Notes under the pieces: generated by a model
Seen by the model: the letters and a program-made list of their open reading frames with translations, nothing else
Database searches by the model: none
Told to the model about the DNA's origin: nothing
In this document: positions 1 through 9,668 of the stretch, one piece after another
Numbering within the stretch: position 1 is the first letter of the stretch
Layout: the number at the start of each line of letters is the position of its first letter
Virus record (IMG/VR): IMGVR_UViG_3300010354_000075
Location: 3,306-67,305 of that record
Length of the DNA stretch: 64,000 bases
Reading direction: 5' to 3' (one strand)
Source: a virus
Position numbers and translations under genes: made by a program

Positions 1-14
1 TACTAGTTTTTAAA

Positions 15-1133
15 TTACTCATAATATTCTTTTAGCATCTCGTACAGTTCAGGGTTATAATCTTTCCAATGCTCATTTCTAACAGCATTTAGTCTACTAT
101 CCATTTCATTAAACTTAGCAAAATTACCTGGCATAGTAATATGTTCGTATACCACACCCCTAAAATCTTTTATTTCCTGATGTTCTAGTTTGTTTATTCT
201 CTGCATAATCTTGTCTTTAACATCGACAGGTAAATTACAAGGTCTAATCCAATTAGGACCATCTACCATAACATATTGAAAATGAACATTAGGATATTCT
301 TCCTTTACATGCTCTAGAAGTTTTTCTATATGATTTATGTTATAAATGCTAATAACAGAATGGACCATCACAACTTCAAAATTATTAGAATACCACCGTA
401 AATTTTTATCTACTTCGGTCCAATTACTTCCCTTACGTAAAAAATTATTTAAATTTCCGTAAGCATCAATACTACAGGAAATTTTTACCTGCTTACATCT
501 TCTAAATAATTTCATTAATTCAACATTAGGTCTCGTAGTTACATTTGTAGCAACGAAAATTGATAGTTGCGGCAAATGACATCGATTTAAAATAGAAATA
601 AATTTTTCTTGTTCTAGCATAGGCTCGCCGCCGATAAGTTTCAAGAACTCCAGCTTAGTCACATCTATTTTTGATAGAGGATCTACATTTTCTATTATAC
701 CTCGATTTATAGGAATTCCTAATTCTTTAGCATCAGGATACCAATTAGTGCTTAAATCAGGACCGCACATTCTACATCTGTTATTACAAACATTACTTAA
801 AGCTAAATCAATATGAACTAATTCTGATTTTTCAGGAATCTCAAATGATTTGCCTAATTTATTGTACATACCTTGAAGCATGTCCAAACGCATACTTTTA
901 CCTGAATTCTTTTCGTTTTGATAACACTGAACACATCCATCAACTGGTTTTCCTTCTGCTATGTCGCTTCTTATTCCTTGTAAAAAAGGATGATTTAATA
1001 CATCATCAGTTTTTAGATTAAATTCTTCAGGAGTACTTTCATGTCTAAAATAACAACAAGGATATACTCTGCCATTAGGTCTAATAGCTATGTGATACCA
1101 AGGCAAAGGACACAACACATCTTCTTTATTCAT
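15..1133 (-). CDS. Radical SAM protein with N-terminal SPASM/twitch-like Cys cluster
   Basis: CNNRCRMC (CxxxCxxC) and GGEP motifs; N-terminal CPLPW..YPCC..CVQC. Start moved to ATG 1133, which overlaps the end of the upstream gene. Confidence 0.9.
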   Translation of the reverse strand: MNKEDVLCPLPWYHIAIRPNGRVYPCCYFRHESTPEEFNLKTDDVLNHPFLQGIRSDIAEGKPVDGCVQCYQNEKNSGKSMRLDMLQGMYNKLGKSFEIPEKSELVHIDLALSNVCNNRCRMCGPDLSTNWYPDAKELGIPINRGIIENVDPLSKIDVTKLEFLKLIGGEPMLEQEKFISILNRCHLPQLSIFVATNVTTRPNVELMKLFRRCKQVKISCSIDAYGNLNNFLRKGSNWTEVDKNLRWYSNNFEVVMVHSVISIYNINHIEKLLEHVKEEYPNVHFQYVMVDGPNWIRPCNLPVDVKDKIMQRINKLEHQEIKDFRGVVYEHITMPGNFAKFNEMDSRLNAVRNEHWKDYNPELYEMLKEYYE

Positions 1134-1689
1134 TATACCACCCTTCATCTTGCATAGGATCTATACTAAGTTCATTAATATTAATATGTCTAGGTTGTGA
1201 TAAAACCCATTGAATATATTCTGCTGCTGCTTTGATATTCATTGTACGTCTAGAAGGATGTTTTAATTGATTATTACTCAAAGTACCAAAACTTACATAA
1301 CTTACTTTAGGGCCTTTATCCCATACACCTGCTATTCCTAAAGTGTTTGAATAATCTCTTAGTGCCTTCTTCTCAGCATTATATAACCAAGGCTTACCGT
1401 TTTTAACTCTATCTGTAGTACTACCAACATTTATAATATGAATCGAGTGATTAGCATTAACACAAGCTTTATATATAGAATCTAATAATACAGTTTGATT
1501 AAATTTCCATAAAGCACTAGAATTAATAAAGACATCATACTCAGTAATCATTTCTGCTAATTTATTTTGCGCTGATTGCAAGGTCAAATCAAACCCAGTA
1601 TATCTACTGGCAAAAAATGCATCTGGATAAAATTTGTACAATTCTGCTGCTAACCCAGAGTTCTTATTTCCTGTTATCAAAATTTTCAT
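1126..1689 (-). CDS. Short-chain dehydrogenase/reductase (Rossmann fold)
   Basis: KILITGxxxxGL glycine motif, DVFINSS, INVGS and catalytic YxxxK (YNAEK). Confidence 0.8.
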   Translation of the reverse strand: MKILITGNKNSGLAAELYKFYPDAFFASRYTGFDLTLQSAQNKLAEMITEYDVFINSSALWKFNQTVLLDSIYKACVNANHSIHIINVGSTTDRVKNGKPWLYNAEKKALRDYSNTLGIAGVWDKGPKVSYVSFGTLSNNQLKHPSRRTMNIKAAAEYIQWVLSQPRHININELSIDPMQDEGWYNE

Positions 1690-2035
1690 TTCTATCAATC
1701 TTATCCATTCTTACTAATTTAACTACATCCCTACCAGGCATTGTTTTTTCTTCTATCCCAATACCACAAGCACTTTGACATTTCTTAGGAGCCTTACCAT
1801 TATTAAAGTTATCTAAATTTAATATAGTTAACATAGTTCTTTTTATTGTTTCAAAATCATGAACTTTTAAATCATTCCAATCCTCAGGCAAGTTTTTAAA
1901 TCTTTTATCATCCCATGGATTCAATTCGTAATATCCATGATAAAAACAGCATGGGTAAACTTTAAGATTCACTGACACATCAAATTCGGCCCATTTATTC
2001 TTGTTGTAATCATAAGAGGAACATCGTACTTTCAT
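1664..2035 (-). CDS. Stand-alone SPASM/twitch Fe-S domain protein
   Basis: C..VYPCCF..WNDL..CQSACG matches the C-terminal domains of 9658..10722 (WPCCF..WNSL..CIRTC) and 10719..11891. Confidence 0.75.
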   Translation of the reverse strand: MKVRCSSYDYNKNKWAEFDVSVNLKVYPCCFYHGYYELNPWDDKRFKNLPEDWNDLKVHDFETIKRTMLTILNLDNFNNGKAPKKCQSACGIGIEEKTMPGRDVVKLVRMDKIDRNENFDNRK

Positions 2036-2715
2036 AAATTATTAATCCAAAAATCGTCAAGATGTATAATCTTATTAGTTTTTTCAAATCGTCTAACTAT
2101 TTTTTTTACTCTCTTTACTTCCTTTTCATGTATTCTATTAATACCGTGATAATTTGGTCGTAAATTAAATCTCAATGACAAGGGTATGTTGTTATCAATA
2201 GCTATGGTTATCACATCAGTTAACTCAAAAAGATTATGTTCAAATATTGTGTAATCCCAGTGAGCTTTTCCTACAGACGATAATAATAACATGTTTTTAA
2301 ATGCTAGTTCAGTATCTACATTTATTCTATACTTATTGTTTACTTCCTGTGTAAGACCATCTATACCAAATCTAACAATAACATTAGGGCCTTCATTTGT
2401 AAGATAATCAAAAAATTCAGTTCTGCGTAAACCGCCATTGGTGTAAACGCTTACTTCTTTAAAAATTTTAGATGCTACTTCTACAAAATCTTTTATTTTA
2501 GGGTGCATTAAAGGGTCGCCGAACTCTCCGCAAAAGTAACAAATCTTCTTTAAAAAATAAGACGAATTTCTTTCTATAATAGTTTTCCAATTATCAAAAT
2601 TCATATGTACAAGACTAAGGTTTTTTTCTAACTGTAAATAATTATCTGAATCAAATCTTTTACAAGTAGGACACTTAGCATTACAATAATTGGTTATATT
2701 AAAATCAATAATCAT
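2032..2715 (-). CDS. Radical SAM core domain lacking its SPASM domain
   Basis: CNAKCPTC, FCGEFGDP, TNGG, FGIDG; paralogous to the N-terminal part of 9658..10722 and 10719..11891. Confidence 0.85.
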   Translation of the reverse strand: MIIDFNITNYCNAKCPTCKRFDSDNYLQLEKNLSLVHMNFDNWKTIIERNSSYFLKKICYFCGEFGDPLMHPKIKDFVEVASKIFKEVSVYTNGGLRRTEFFDYLTNEGPNVIVRFGIDGLTQEVNNKYRINVDTELAFKNMLLLSSVGKAHWDYTIFEHNLFELTDVITIAIDNNIPLSLRFNLRPNYHGINRIHEKEVKRVKKIVRRFEKTNKIIHLDDFWINNL

Positions 2716-3905
2716 ACAATATTTTTAAGCACGGTGGTATTAAAATGATTAGAAATTACCTTAAAATAATTATCTTTGAATTTACTTTTTGGAGCACAAA
2801 GACCGCAGCCACAAGTATGTTTTGGACAAACTATAGTGGGCATCGTATTATTTTTTAAATTATACTCTAACTGTTCTAAAATCTTGTCACTTTCGCTTAA
2901 TTTACCAATAGGGCCGCGAGTTTGGCCGAACTGTGCTTGACAAGTTTGATGATGAAATACACTGTCTGTTTGTTGTTCTATGTGCATAAAAAACCAATTT
3001 ACACTACAATACCAGTCTTTAAATTCTCTTAAATCTACAAATTTACTTTTTTTACTTTCTCCCTGATTACTTAAACACATTGTTCTACTACCGCAACAAG
3101 GACGTCCTATAGTTAATCCTAATTTTTTTTGCGGTGTGGAATTATCTTCAGTAGCAGCACTAGTTCCAAAATCCACATTCTGTCTGACTTCTTCTAAACT
3201 AGGGTTATTAACCTTGTCAGTATTAGTTTTCCAATAGTCCTTCATCCAAACAAGCTGCTTTTCAGTATATTGATGCGCAAAATTACTGCGACTATCTGGC
3301 TCTTCACCTATAACACGGGGAACATACTTAATACCCTTGCTATCAAAATAAGCACACAGGTCCTGACACTCTTCGAAGTATCCGGCATGAAACATAACAT
3401 TTATGCTTATAGTGCAATTTCTGCTTGGCCCATACTTACTAAATTGCTCAATTCTTTCAACAACTTGTTTCTTAAGTTTTTCATCTGCTTCAGTATGATA
3501 ACTAATTGTTATATGATCCAGATGTTCCATTACGGCGTCAGCCATTTTACTACTCATAGCTCCATTGCTTGTTAATGCAAATCCAGCTCTCCATTTAGTT
3601 TGATATTTTTCTTGATATTCATTTTTTAAATATTGAATAAATGGAATAAAATTAGGATTCACTGTAGGTTCTCCTCCAGTAAAACTAATACTAGTTTCTT
3701 TAAAATATCTATGATTCATATACAAGTCTATATACTTGTATAAAAAATCTACATTACCTTTAAGTGTATCTAAACTAGCATGTGGACTAAAATTATCGTG
3801 CCTGTGACTTGGACAATAACTACAATCATAATTACATCTACGTCCTAAATCCCATGTTACTTGGAAAACATTACCATCTAATAAATCGACTGTGTCAAAA
3901 CTCAT
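2712..3905 (-). CDS. Radical SAM protein with Cys-rich C-terminal domain
   Basis: CNYDCSYC, FTGGEPT, TSNG, ISYH; C-terminal PCCG..C..C..C..CPKHTCGCGLC. Confidence 0.9.
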   Translation of the reverse strand: MSFDTVDLLDGNVFQVTWDLGRRCNYDCSYCPSHRHDNFSPHASLDTLKGNVDFLYKYIDLYMNHRYFKETSISFTGGEPTVNPNFIPFIQYLKNEYQEKYQTKWRAGFALTSNGAMSSKMADAVMEHLDHITISYHTEADEKLKKQVVERIEQFSKYGPSRNCTISINVMFHAGYFEECQDLCAYFDSKGIKYVPRVIGEEPDSRSNFAHQYTEKQLVWMKDYWKTNTDKVNNPSLEEVRQNVDFGTSAATEDNSTPQKKLGLTIGRPCCGSRTMCLSNQGESKKSKFVDLREFKDWYCSVNWFFMHIEQQTDSVFHHQTCQAQFGQTRGPIGKLSESDKILEQLEYNLKNNTMPTIVCPKHTCGCGLCAPKSKFKDNYFKVISNHFNTTVLKNIV

Positions 3906-4789
3906 AATTGTCTATCTTCTAAAAAATAAAATTTATTTTTAAACGCCCATGCTCTTTCTGAACAATGAAAACACTCTTTTAATTTATTACATCCGCCTTT
4001 AGCAACAGAACAACTTTGTGTCATATTTAAAAGATCTACAATTTTAAAATTGTAATACTGTGCTATTATCCAACTTTTTTCTATACGTTCAAATGGACTA
4101 ACTGAAATAAAATTTGGTAGATGTGGAGATCTATATATTGTAGGAACATGTTCATCTAAATTTTTAATTTCGTTTCTAAAAGCTGGCGGTCCTGCTATTT
4201 CATCAGTGTTTACAGGATTAGTAGTTGTTCCATCATATATAGCACTTAGATTATATTTTTTGCTTGCCCAATCTGTGAAATAATGAAAATATACAACATC
4301 GGCAGTAGCATTCGCAGATATTAGAAACTTAATTTGTTCTGAATTTACATCATATAGTTGAACATCTTTAACAGAAATTTGTTCAAATACTGGGGGTAAA
4401 AATCCTACTATAGAAGGTTGTACTATATCAGGAAAGCAAGTCTGTATATAATTAAGAATATCATGTCTAGCTGTTTCACTAAAATTATCTAAATCATAAA
4501 ATCTTATTACAGATATAGGAAAGATTTTAGTTTTTAAATTAAGTGTTTTAATAAATTTAGCTAGAAGATATAAAAGTAATGTACTATCGGTACCTCCACT
4601 GAAATTAATTCCTATAGATAAATGTCTATTGTCAAAATATATAGGAAGTCCATTAGCTATAAAATAATTAAAAAATTTTCCTTTTTCAATATTGTTGTTT
4701 ATCCAGTTTTGTAATTTTACAAAATAATGATCTGATGGAAAAGTATTGATATCATAATTATCAAACCCTATAGTACCTAATTTAGTCAT
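3902..4789 (-). CDS. QueC-like PP-loop ATP pyrophosphatase
   Basis: FSGGTDS PP-loop, PF..K..I motif, C-terminal Zn-type SC..C..CFHCxER. Confidence 0.75.
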   Translation of the reverse strand: MTKLGTIGFDNYDINTFPSDHYFVKLQNWINNNIEKGKFFNYFIANGLPIYFDNRHLSIGINFSGGTDSTLLLYLLAKFIKTLNLKTKIFPISVIRFYDLDNFSETARHDILNYIQTCFPDIVQPSIVGFLPPVFEQISVKDVQLYDVNSEQIKFLISANATADVVYFHYFTDWASKKYNLSAIYDGTTTNPVNTDEIAGPPAFRNEIKNLDEHVPTIYRSPHLPNFISVSPFERIEKSWIIAQYYNFKIVDLLNMTQSCSVAKGGCNKLKECFHCSERAWAFKNKFYFLEDRQL

Positions 4790-6085
4790 CGATAAAATCC
4801 ATAAATTTTGGTTCTACAGAAAAAATATTTTCTTGACGAATGCTATCTAATTGTTTTGTATATTTTACAAACTCATTCCAATATTGATCATAATAACTTT
4901 CGCTATTCATATAATTAATAACACCATTAACGATATCAGTAGCTTGGGAGATAATATCAGGATATTAACTTTTATCCATCCTAAAAAATCATAATATTGA
5001 TTTGTGATTTCTTTTTTGTAAGTGTCGGGTAATACCCTAACATTTAAGTGTTTAGGATGATGAGCAACATGATGAGTGATTATAGGACGCCTATTTGTAC
5101 TGTTAATTTTTTTAAACCCACTATCTTTCAATTTCCACTTCATAAAATCAATCATATGATTGACATTGTAAGCGGTTACAGTAAATGCTAACCACGCTAT
5201 AATATTACTAGGAAGATTGTCGACCTTATATAAGTTATCTAAAGTTTTCTCCCATTTAGCTGGAAATCTTTGATACTCTTGAATTTTACCCATTCCATCG
5301 ACACTAGCACCAATACGTACTTGTTTAAAACTTTCCCACAATTTGGTTACACGAGTAGGAAGGGTGCTCATATTAGTATTATACTCGATTATAATATTTT
5401 TAGCAACATCTTGTTCAATACATCTTTCCAAAAAATCATAATGACGTTCTATTAACATAGGCTCTCCGCCGGCAAAATAAACATGTTGAATATTATGCGC
5501 ATTTGATTCTAACTGTTGCCAAAAAGGTTCGTAATTAGGCCAGTCAAATTCTGTAGAGTAATAACCTTTATCATTTTTAAATATAGTTACTTCACCCGAA
5601 GTGTCTTTAAATTTATTAGATCCGGTTAAATTAATCCAATCATCATACCATGCGCTACTATCGGTAGGACCGCACATACGGCACTTCAAATTACAAAAAT
5701 TACCAAATCTTAAATCATAATAAATCACAGGTACATCAGAAATCGACCCATCCTCAGAAGTTTTAGATCTTGCTTCGTCTATGGTAAATTTCCACTGTTG
5801 ATTTTCATAAGTTCTACGACTAACAAGACCATTCGCTTCTTCTTGTTTACAACGTCCACATTCGTCACTCCATATGCCATTTAACATATTAAGACGAATT
5901 GATTTCATTATTTCAGCATTTCTACTCTCTTCTAACACATCCCGACCAGCATTATATGCCGCACCATCGACTTTTCTAATTACGCCCTGATTTTTAGTCA
6001 CGTTAGCTTGACAGCAAACACGTATATCGCCATTGGCTCTTACTGCTTGAAATATCCAAGGAATAGGACAGAAGGTATCAGACAT
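4782..6085 (-). pseudogene. Radical SAM protein with N-terminal SPASM/twitch cluster, frameshifted near 4965 (1-nt deletion or assembly error)
   Basis: CPIPW..VCC..CGRC, CNLKCRMC, FAGGEP. The called ORF stops at 4907, but the -1 frame from ~4964 gives YPDIISQ...YWNEFVKYTKQLDSIRQENIFSVEPKFMDFIDD* to 4782. This matches the paralog C-termini and overlaps the next start codon. Confidence 0.8.
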
Positions 6086-6935
6086 TTCTTAACTCATTAA
6101 CTATATTTTCAACAACACTTTCTGCCCACTCTCTTTCTTTACACCACCAACAGTGACCACATTTTGGCAATATATCAACCGTGTGCTCAACTGGATCATA
6201 TTCTTGTAGACTAGAAACTACTTCTTTAATTTTAGGATCATTAATATCACCTTCACAACTACGTGTGATATTATACAAATCAAGTTTTTCAAAAAGATGA
6301 TATTGTGCTAAAATATAAGATTTATCCACAAATCTAAAAGGATGACAAATAGTGTATCCTTCTTTTTGAATTATTAAATCCTTTAAAATTCCTTCACTAG
6401 CTGGTTTTTCTCTATTTTTCATTCCGCCTACCCAACTACTGCCTTCTGGATTAGCACTAGTAGCATTATACACTACATCTAATTTTTCTTTATGTATAAT
6501 ATAATTGTTAAAACTACCTACACATATTTGATCGCCACTACGGGGTCTACCGTCTTCATCCTGAGTAATTGGGCCTAGTACTCCCCATTCTAATTCTGGA
6601 GGAATAAAATTTGTATGTCTAACAAAATGTATACTAGGATAATAATCTTTAACAAATTTTTCATAAACATCTAATGCTATAGGACCCTGCCAAGGTCTAG
6701 TGTTGTAACATCTTACGTGACTTATCACATGAATTACACATCTTAATCTATTTCTGGTTATGATATTACAAAGTAAAGTTAAAAGACAACTGCTGTCTGC
6801 TCCTCCACTTAGATTAATTCCTATTTTTCTCCAACTAGGATTAAAAGGAATATCCAACCCATTAAACCTAAAAAGTTCTATACCACTGTCTGACTCTAAT
6901 TGCTCATATATAAGATTGTTATCCTTAAATTTCAT
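6078..6935 (-). CDS. QueC-like PP-loop ATP pyrophosphatase
   Basis: LSGGADS PP-loop, HPF..DK..I, RSCEG..CGHCWWCKER; paralog of 3902..4789. Confidence 0.8.
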   Translation of the reverse strand: MKFKDNNLIYEQLESDSGIELFRFNGLDIPFNPSWRKIGINLSGGADSSCLLTLLCNIITRNRLRCVIHVISHVRCYNTRPWQGPIALDVYEKFVKDYYPSIHFVRHTNFIPPELEWGVLGPITQDEDGRPRSGDQICVGSFNNYIIHKEKLDVVYNATSANPEGSSWVGGMKNREKPASEGILKDLIIQKEGYTICHPFRFVDKSYILAQYHLFEKLDLYNITRSCEGDINDPKIKEVVSSLQEYDPVEHTVDILPKCGHCWWCKEREWAESVVENIVNELRNV

Positions 6936-8269
6936 AGCATTTCCTTTCTTAGGATTTTATAATCATAAAATTTATAATTAACATAATGATCGTTAAAATT
7001 TTGTTGCCATAGTTCATCTGTTTTTCTTACATACACCAAAAAGGCTTCCCAATGCTTATATAAAGGTTTATGATTAATCACATAATCTTCAATTCCTTTT
7101 AATGCTCTATAAGCACTCTCGATGTCTTGAAAAATCTGTTTTCCCTTGCGCCAAGTCCTCATTTTTTGACTTTCTTCAAAATTATCTAAACGTTCTTGTT
7201 TTACTCTGTCAATTAATTCGTAAGTTTTTTTAATATCTTGAAGGACATAATCTTTATAATCAAACATTAATATAGCTGGATTTAAGTAGTCAGGTGTATA
7301 AACAATGGAACTATCTATCCAGTCAATATCCAAACTTAAGAAGCTGGCAAAAATATTTTCTAAATCCATCATCTGATACACACTTGTTGTACACACAACA
7401 TTTAAATCTACATTTTTTAATGTATTAGCCAATTTAAATCTTCTTATATTATCTTTCAAAACATCCCAGTCGCCTGTTCTAAAGTAACTGTATATATTTG
7501 TTCCAGCATCAATACTCATCATAATCGTAACATATCTAAATGGCTCTAACGATTTTGATAATTCTTCTGGATCAAATTTAGCGTTAAAATTAGTATGAAA
7601 ACTAATATGTAATTTATCAGCATGAGGATGCTTGGCTAGTGCTTTTAAACAAGGAATAAATTGTTTTTGATAAAGAACTTCGCCGCCGGTAAAATCAACT
7701 TTCTGAAGATTAGGAAAATTTTCATTTAAATCATCCACGATACTATGCATATCTTCAATACTCATATCTATACTGAGAGTATCATTAAATCCTGCTCTAT
7801 GCATAGTTTTTGTAAGTTGAATAAGTCTATGATTCCAATCATCTTTATCAGGTTCGTAGTGTTTTAATTTTGCCATCCACCCGCTACTGAATACTTCGCT
7901 ACAATGTAAACATGCCATATTACAAGCATTACTGAATCTAAATTCCACATGGTTAAGACCCTTAAAATCTATCATGCCTGATAAATCATCGAAATATGTT
8001 TCGTCGGCTGGATAATCCATACGCATACTGTGTCCAGCATTTGCGTCTTCTACATTTTTACAAAGATGGCATCCTGGACTCCATTTACCGGACATCATAT
8101 CTAATCTATGTTTTCTAAATCCCTCTGAGTTGATTATTTCAGAGGGTTTAATTACTTGTGTACCTTCCATAATATGGAGTTTATCACTTTGTTGTGGACA
8201 TGATGTAGCGAATCCATTTTTGTAATTAAGGCCACCTAACGTGTACCAACAAGCAATCTTCTTAGCCAT
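6932..8269 (-). CDS. Radical SAM protein with N-terminal SPASM/twitch-like cluster
   Basis: ACWY..SCP..CHLC, CNMACLHC, FTGGE, SIDA. Confidence 0.88.
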   Translation of the reverse strand: MAKKIACWYTLGGLNYKNGFATSCPQQSDKLHIMEGTQVIKPSEIINSEGFRKHRLDMMSGKWSPGCHLCKNVEDANAGHSMRMDYPADETYFDDLSGMIDFKGLNHVEFRFSNACNMACLHCSEVFSSGWMAKLKHYEPDKDDWNHRLIQLTKTMHRAGFNDTLSIDMSIEDMHSIVDDLNENFPNLQKVDFTGGEVLYQKQFIPCLKALAKHPHADKLHISFHTNFNAKFDPEELSKSLEPFRYVTIMMSIDAGTNIYSYFRTGDWDVLKDNIRRFKLANTLKNVDLNVVCTTSVYQMMDLENIFASFLSLDIDWIDSSIVYTPDYLNPAILMFDYKDYVLQDIKKTYELIDRVKQERLDNFEESQKMRTWRKGKQIFQDIESAYRALKGIEDYVINHKPLYKHWEAFLVYVRKTDELWQQNFNDHYVNYKFYDYKILRKEML

Positions 8270-9668
8270 TAAAAATATCCTTCATTTCAGGAAAAGTATT
8301 ATAAAAATCTAGTCCTCGTTGATTATCAATTAAATCAATATATTCTTTTAGTTCGGGCAATCTAACACTCCAGTCCTCACTTTCCATAAATTGTAACATA
8401 CCTTCTAATCTATCCAATCCATAACTAGCGTTTCTCCACATCTCATATGTTACGTAATGCTTTTTAGCTTCTGGAACTCCTTTTTGCCAATTAGCTTCCC
8501 ACCATGGATAAAATTCTTCATATTTTTGTCTACATTTTTCTTTAAACCATTTAGGTAAAACTTTAACATTTAAGTGTGGAGGATGATATACAAAATGATA
8601 ATTAATTCCTCCTGCTCCTAAAGGCCACATATTGACTTTCTTAAAATTTTGACTAAGCTTCCATTTTAAGAAATCGGGCAAATAATAAACATTAAGAGCC
8701 TGAACAGCACAAGCGATAGTAACCTCTACATTAGGAGAAGTTGCTTTATCTAATATATGAAAGACTTCATGAGTACGTTCCCATTCACTAGGATATCTAA
8801 TATAACTATTCATTTCTCCTATACTATCTACACTATAATGAAAACGAACTAACTTAAATTCTTTCCATAATTTGAATAAATCGTCCCTCCACTCTACACC
8901 GTTACTATTATATCGTAACTCTAAATTTTTAGCGTGGCCTTGTCTAATAGCTTCTTCCAGAATTTCATAATGTTCCTCTATTATTAAACTCTCTCCGCCC
9001 GCAAAATACAATTGTTGCATATTAGGAATTTGTTCATTAAATTGTTTCCAAAAAGTCGGATTATTTTTGTGCCAATTATAACTACTACCATTAATACTGC
9101 CTTTGTTAGACCACTGTGCTGTTTCTTTTAAACTTTTGTTTTGAATTTGCGGATATATAGCTTGCCAATCTTTGATCCACCCCGAACTATCATGCGGACT
9201 ACACATAACACAAGCTAGTTGACATTTAGTTCCGAATCGCAAATCAATATAACTAAGTTGCGGAGGTACACTTCCGTCTTCATCTGTGTTGGATAAAAGT
9301 TGTTCGAGATCGACACGTTGTCGCCAGTATTCAGTTTCCCACATACGTTTACTGTTATGCCCTGCTTCTTCCTCTCTATAACATTTTGTACAACTAGGAG
9401 GTTCTTCTCCGGCTAACATTTTTAATCTTACATTTTTCATGTAAGTACTATTCCAGCTACTTAAAAAGTCACTTACGTTTAAATTATTTGGTTTGCCCTC
9501 ATCTGTTTTAAGAACACCAACCATACCTCCATGTAACTTATCATTTGTTGGACCAACACTACTAGCATTGGCGGTACAACACACACGCATACTGCCATCC
9601 GGTCGTGTGCTTAAATGTACCCACGGAAGAATACAAAAAGTTTTACTTGGTAAATTTTTAATTGACAT
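8262..9668 (-). CDS. Radical SAM protein with N-terminal SPASM/twitch cluster
   Basis: CILPW..VCC..CTKC, CQLACVMC, FAGGE, YNSNG, SVDS. Confidence 0.9.
   Translation of the reverse strand: MSIKNLPSKTFCILPWVHLSTRPDGSMRVCCTANASSVGPTNDKLHGGMVGVLKTDEGKPNNLNVSDFLSSWNSTYMKNVRLKMLAGEEPPSCTKCYREEEAGHNSKRMWETEYWRQRVDLEQLLSNTDEDGSVPPQLSYIDLRFGTKCQLACVMCSPHDSSGWIKDWQAIYPQIQNKSLKETAQWSNKGSINGSSYNWHKNNPTFWKQFNEQIPNMQQLYFAGGESLIIEEHYEILEEAIRQGHAKNLELRYNSNGVEWRDDLFKLWKEFKLVRFHYSVDSIGEMNSYIRYPSEWERTHEVFHILDKATSPNVEVTIACAVQALNVYYLPDFLKWKLSQNFKKVNMWPLGAGGINYHFVYHPPHLNVKVLPKWFKEKCRQKYEEFYPWWEANWQKGVPEAKKHYVTYEMWRNASYGLDRLEGMLQFMESEDWSVRLPELKEYIDLIDNQRGLDFYNTFPEMKDIFNG

Noticed and set aside
4960-4980. Programmed frameshift in the radical SAM gene
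   Set aside because: The A-run (ATA AAA) is followed by a TAA in the -1 frame, so slippage there would terminate; an indel explains it better
3902-6935. Calling the PP-loop genes queC of a 7-deazaguanine DNA-modification pathway
   Set aside because: Only the generic PP-loop and Cys motifs match; no folE, queD or dpdA is in the window
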